From NCBI GenBank assembly GCA_963719035.1, contig CAVRAO010000002.1, forward strand, positions 448,001 through 512,000: DNA of 64,000 bases, written 5' to 3'. Positions 61,100 to 64,000 of the stretch are shown here, piece after piece. A model generated the notes under the pieces. It was given only the letters and a program-made list of their open reading frames with translations, had not been told where the DNA came from and searched no databases. The translations under genes and the position numbers were made by a program. This DNA is from Methanobacteriota archaeon (GTDB lineage: Archaea; Halobacteriota; Bog-38; Methanoflorentales; Methanoflorentaceae). The stretch's first letter is position 1. Every line of letters starts with the position of its first letter.

Positions 61100-61392
61100 C
61101 GCGGCCCCTAGCAACCTTGCATACAATGAGATCAACCTGCCCCGCATGGACAACTAAGCGATAATAATGGAAGTAGAAGCTGTTAGCTTACACCGCATCA
61201 GTAATGATCGGCGTTGCACGTATAGGCTGAAGAAACTCATGATGACGCGGACTGCTAAAAAAACTCCATCTAGATAGTGATCAAAGCGGGCAAAAACGAT
61301 ATATTTAAGCTATGTGTGTGATCCAGTAATCTTAGTTACCATAAAAAAGGCATTTTCGTTCTATTTCTTGGACGGTTTATTTCTAGGAGCGC

Positions 61393-62196
61393 GTGATGAG
61401 CAACGAAAAATATTGCCAGAACTGTGGAGCGAAGAACCAACCGTACGCTGCAGTCTGTGCAGACTGCGGCAACTCGTTTATCCCCTCTTCCGAAGCACCG
61501 CCGCCGGTTACTCCGCCGCCTCCGTTAGAAGAACCTTCTGACGAAGAACCGTTGTACGACGCTCCTCTCGAGCCTTCTCCTCGTTTTAAGAGACGATATA
61601 TCATTTATGCTCTGTTAGCCGTTTTATCGCTGTTTGTTATAGTAGGTGCTATATCTGCTTCTTTTCAGACAGCAAATAGATCGATAGCGACACCTCCTAT
61701 CGAAGAATCGGCTATAGTCGCGACACCAGCTCCTATGTTGTCAACCTCTGCTACAGCAACCGTAACGGCCTCTGTCTCAGCGACCGCGACGCCGAGCGTA
61801 TCGGCTACACCGTCACCGGCGCAATCCCCGTTGCCTGATTATGCGAGCAGATTGAATACAGTCGGCCTAGGCGCAGGACTTACCACTGCTTCTCCATTTC
61901 AAAAGGTCACCTTAAACGGAAAAACGGCCTACACGGGTACGCTCGTCAAGAACGGCCAGACTTACAATACACAAGTATACCCTACGAGCTCATATTCAGA
62001 GGCACTTGCCTTAAAGGACCAGATGATAAGTTCCTACCAATCACAAGGATACGCGACCTACTACCCAGGTAACATCGGAGACACCAGCCTGAATATATGG
62101 TATGGTCTTTCAGGAAACACGCTTGTGAGCGTTACAGCGATGCCAACTTCACAAATTGATGCGCCGTTAGTCCTAGTGATGACCCCCACGATGTAG
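61393..62196 (+). CDS. zinc-ribbon, single-TM surface protein
   Basis: CQNCG...CADCG, Pro-rich linker, TM, Ser/Thr-rich stalk. Confidence 0.7.
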   Translation: MMSNEKYCQNCGAKNQPYAAVCADCGNSFIPSSEAPPPVTPPPPLEEPSDEEPLYDAPLEPSPRFKRRYIIYALLAVLSLFVIVGAISASFQTANRSIATPPIEESAIVATPAPMLSTSATATVTASVSATATPSVSATPSPAQSPLPDYASRLNTVGLGAGLTTASPFQKVTLNGKTAYTGTLVKNGQTYNTQVYPTSSYSEALALKDQMISSYQSQGYATYYPGNIGDTSLNIWYGLSGNTLVSVTAMPTSQIDAPLVLVMTPTM

Positions 62197-62942
62197 AGTA
62201 AACGTTTGGCCTTCAATGCTAGGGCTTTTTAATAAACTGAAAGCAGTAGCTAAATGCAGCCATTTAACTTCTTAAATCGATGAAATAAACCTGCGTTCAG
62301 CATTTGAGCGTATAAAATCGGCTGGTTGCATGATATCCAAAACGCTCAGCCGTACAGCAATGAGGGAAACCGTTAAGGCATGTCGCTCTAACAAATATCC
62401 GGAGCGGTACCGGTTTATACGCAACTAGGCACTGCTCCAATTATTCTATCATTCACTAGAGCGCCTTTGTCGTCTGTGCTGATATGTGAATTTTTAGCCG
62501 GCGTAATTCATGCAACATGGTTGACGATTTGATCAATCGTAGCACAATTGCGCCTTTTGTCACGAAAAACTACTTTCTCGGTAATCCTTGTCATCATGTG
62601 CAACTCATCATTTCATGTAAAACGTACAGGATGGCCTCGATACTTAAATCCGATTATTTAACTAACGCAGCCAGCTGTGCGGCTTAAAATCGAAAACACA
62701 ATAAATTGAACTAAGGCCGTTCATCCGCCTCCGAGGAAGTCAAAACAATCACGAACTTACAGGCACAAGCATCGACCCTTTCGTGCAAACGAGGTAGCTA
62801 AACAGCCTTAGTACCACATTGACCGAGGCAAATTATAAAACAGCTGAATGCTATTTGAACGTTTATAACAACTTTTGTATGTTACGCTCCTGAATATACG
62901 CTTGTTTGTACTATCCGTTTTCATGAAGGGGAGGATCGATAA

Positions 62943-63431
62943 ATGACCGAAGATAATCCGGTTACTCTTACTGCGGAACCGCGAGGACGAGAAGTGGTTA
63001 TTGCTCGTGTCTTTGACGCGCCGCGAGAGCTCGTGTTCAAAACGTGCACCGATCCAAATCTGATAAAGCAATGGTGGGGTCCAAACGAATACTCAACAGC
63101 GGTGGATGAGATGGACGTCAGATTTGGAGGTGTTTGACGATATGTCCAGCGTGGGCCCGACGGAAATGAATTCGCCTTCAAAGGTGTATATCACACCGTG
63201 ATGCCACCCGAGCGTCTAGCGTATACTTTTGAATTCGAAGGTATGCCAAGCCATGTAATGTTTGAAACGGCGATGTTTGAAGAGCAAGACGGTAAGACAA
63301 CGATGACTGTCATAGACGTTTTCCAAACGGTCGAAGATCGAGACGAAGCGCTCCAATCGGGGATGAAGGATGGAGCCACCGAGTCTATGGATCGTTTTGC
63401 TTAACTTCTTCAAAAGCTCAAGGGCGACTGA
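62943..63431 (+). pseudogene. SRPBCC/AHSA1 family, with an internal nonsense codon and probably a second one near the C-terminus
   Basis: ARVFDAPRELVF...GGV*RYVQ (TGA at 63135) and DRFA*LLQK (TAA at 63402) in one frame. Confidence 0.8.
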
Positions 63432-63549
63432 AAAAGCGAATACCGCACTAAGATGTTGCAATGAAATGCTGCGGCGAGCACAATCACAACTGTAACAGAT
63501 ACGAAATATGCAATACATTAGTTACGCAAAGGTAGGATGGCGATGACCT

Positions 63550-64000
63550 ATGGAAGACTATGAGAAACTCGGCGTATTTTATTTAGGGCGTGAATACGAT
63601 CTAAGCGCGAAAAAGCTCCAAGATAATTTGTTGCTCTATGACTCGCGTGACCTGGTAACGCACGCGGTCGTCGTTGGCATGACCGGCAGTGGTAAAACAG
63701 GTCTTTGTATTGGCCTGATCGAAGAGGCGGCGATCGACGGCGTGCCTTCCATTCTGATTGACCCAAAAGGCGATTTAACAAACCTGATGTTAACCTTCCC
63801 GCAACTGCGCAGCGAAGACTTCTTGCCTTGGGTCAATCCAGATGATGCCAATCGCCAGGGTTTGACAGTGCCGGACTATGCCAACCAACAGGCCAGTTTA
63901 TGGCAAAAAGGTTTGACTGAGTGGGGTGAAAGTGGTGAGCGCATCCAGCGTTTACGGGACGCGGCCGAGTGTGTCATTTATACGCCCGGCAGCAGCGCCG
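63550..64000 (+). CDS. HerA/FtsK-like ATPase (partial, runs off the window)
   Basis: [13 protein letters not shown]...[14 protein letters not shown]...LIDPKGD; absent from the ORF track because it has no stop in the window. Confidence 0.85.
   Translation, partial: MEDYEKLGVFYLGREYDLSAKKLQDNLLLYDSRDLVTHAVVVGMTGSGKTGLCIGLIEEAAIDGVPSILIDPKGDLTNLMLTFPQLRSEDFLPWVNPDDANRQGLTVPDYANQQASLWQKGLTEWGESGERIQRLRDAAECVIYTPGSSA

Noticed and set aside
11818-63137. UGA-to-Trp recoding, suggested by TGA at likely Trp positions (11818, 63135)
   Set aside because: Both lie in otherwise decayed genes, and core genes such as hdrA, hdrB, mvhD, fwdD and fwdB end in TGA; simple TGG-to-TGA transitions explain them

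Overview
Chromosomal window of a hydrogenotrophic methanogenic archaeon; the gene order suggests Methanocellales or Methanoflorens-like Halobacteriota (inference). Core genes include lhr, mer, a DHH/RecJ-like nuclease, an NrpR-domain protein, pdaD, methanogenesis marker 2, rfcL, truA, carAB, argG and a thermosome subunit. A 10-gene fwdGF-hdrCBA-mvhD-fwdDBAC operon is transcribed divergently from mvhGA. Two accessory regions stand out. (1) A 3.1 kb islet (11318-14464) is bounded by a perfect 72-bp direct repeat that duplicates the 3' end of the DHH gene. Read antisense, the repeat is exactly 24 open codons and fuses the two flanking islet ORFs into one 253-aa frame when the islet is circularised. 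This fits an SSV/pTN3-style split integrase, but one targeting a protein-coding gene instead of a tRNA. A tyrosine-recombinase catalytic relic lies inside the islet. (2) A ~9 kb mosaic region (21.9-31.2 kb) holds a second relic of the same ORF family reading through a tRNA-His 3' half, a Stay-Green (Mg-dechelatase family) protein, crtI-crtB-lycopene elongase, a GT1 glycosyltransferase and a CrtI-like enzyme with a Cys-rich tail. RfcL carries a ~110-aa repeated helical insertion. Several single-base frameshifts, including one in hdrA, are probably sequencing errors. No rRNA, complete tRNA or CRISPR array was seen. All calls come from reading motifs by eye; no database search was run.
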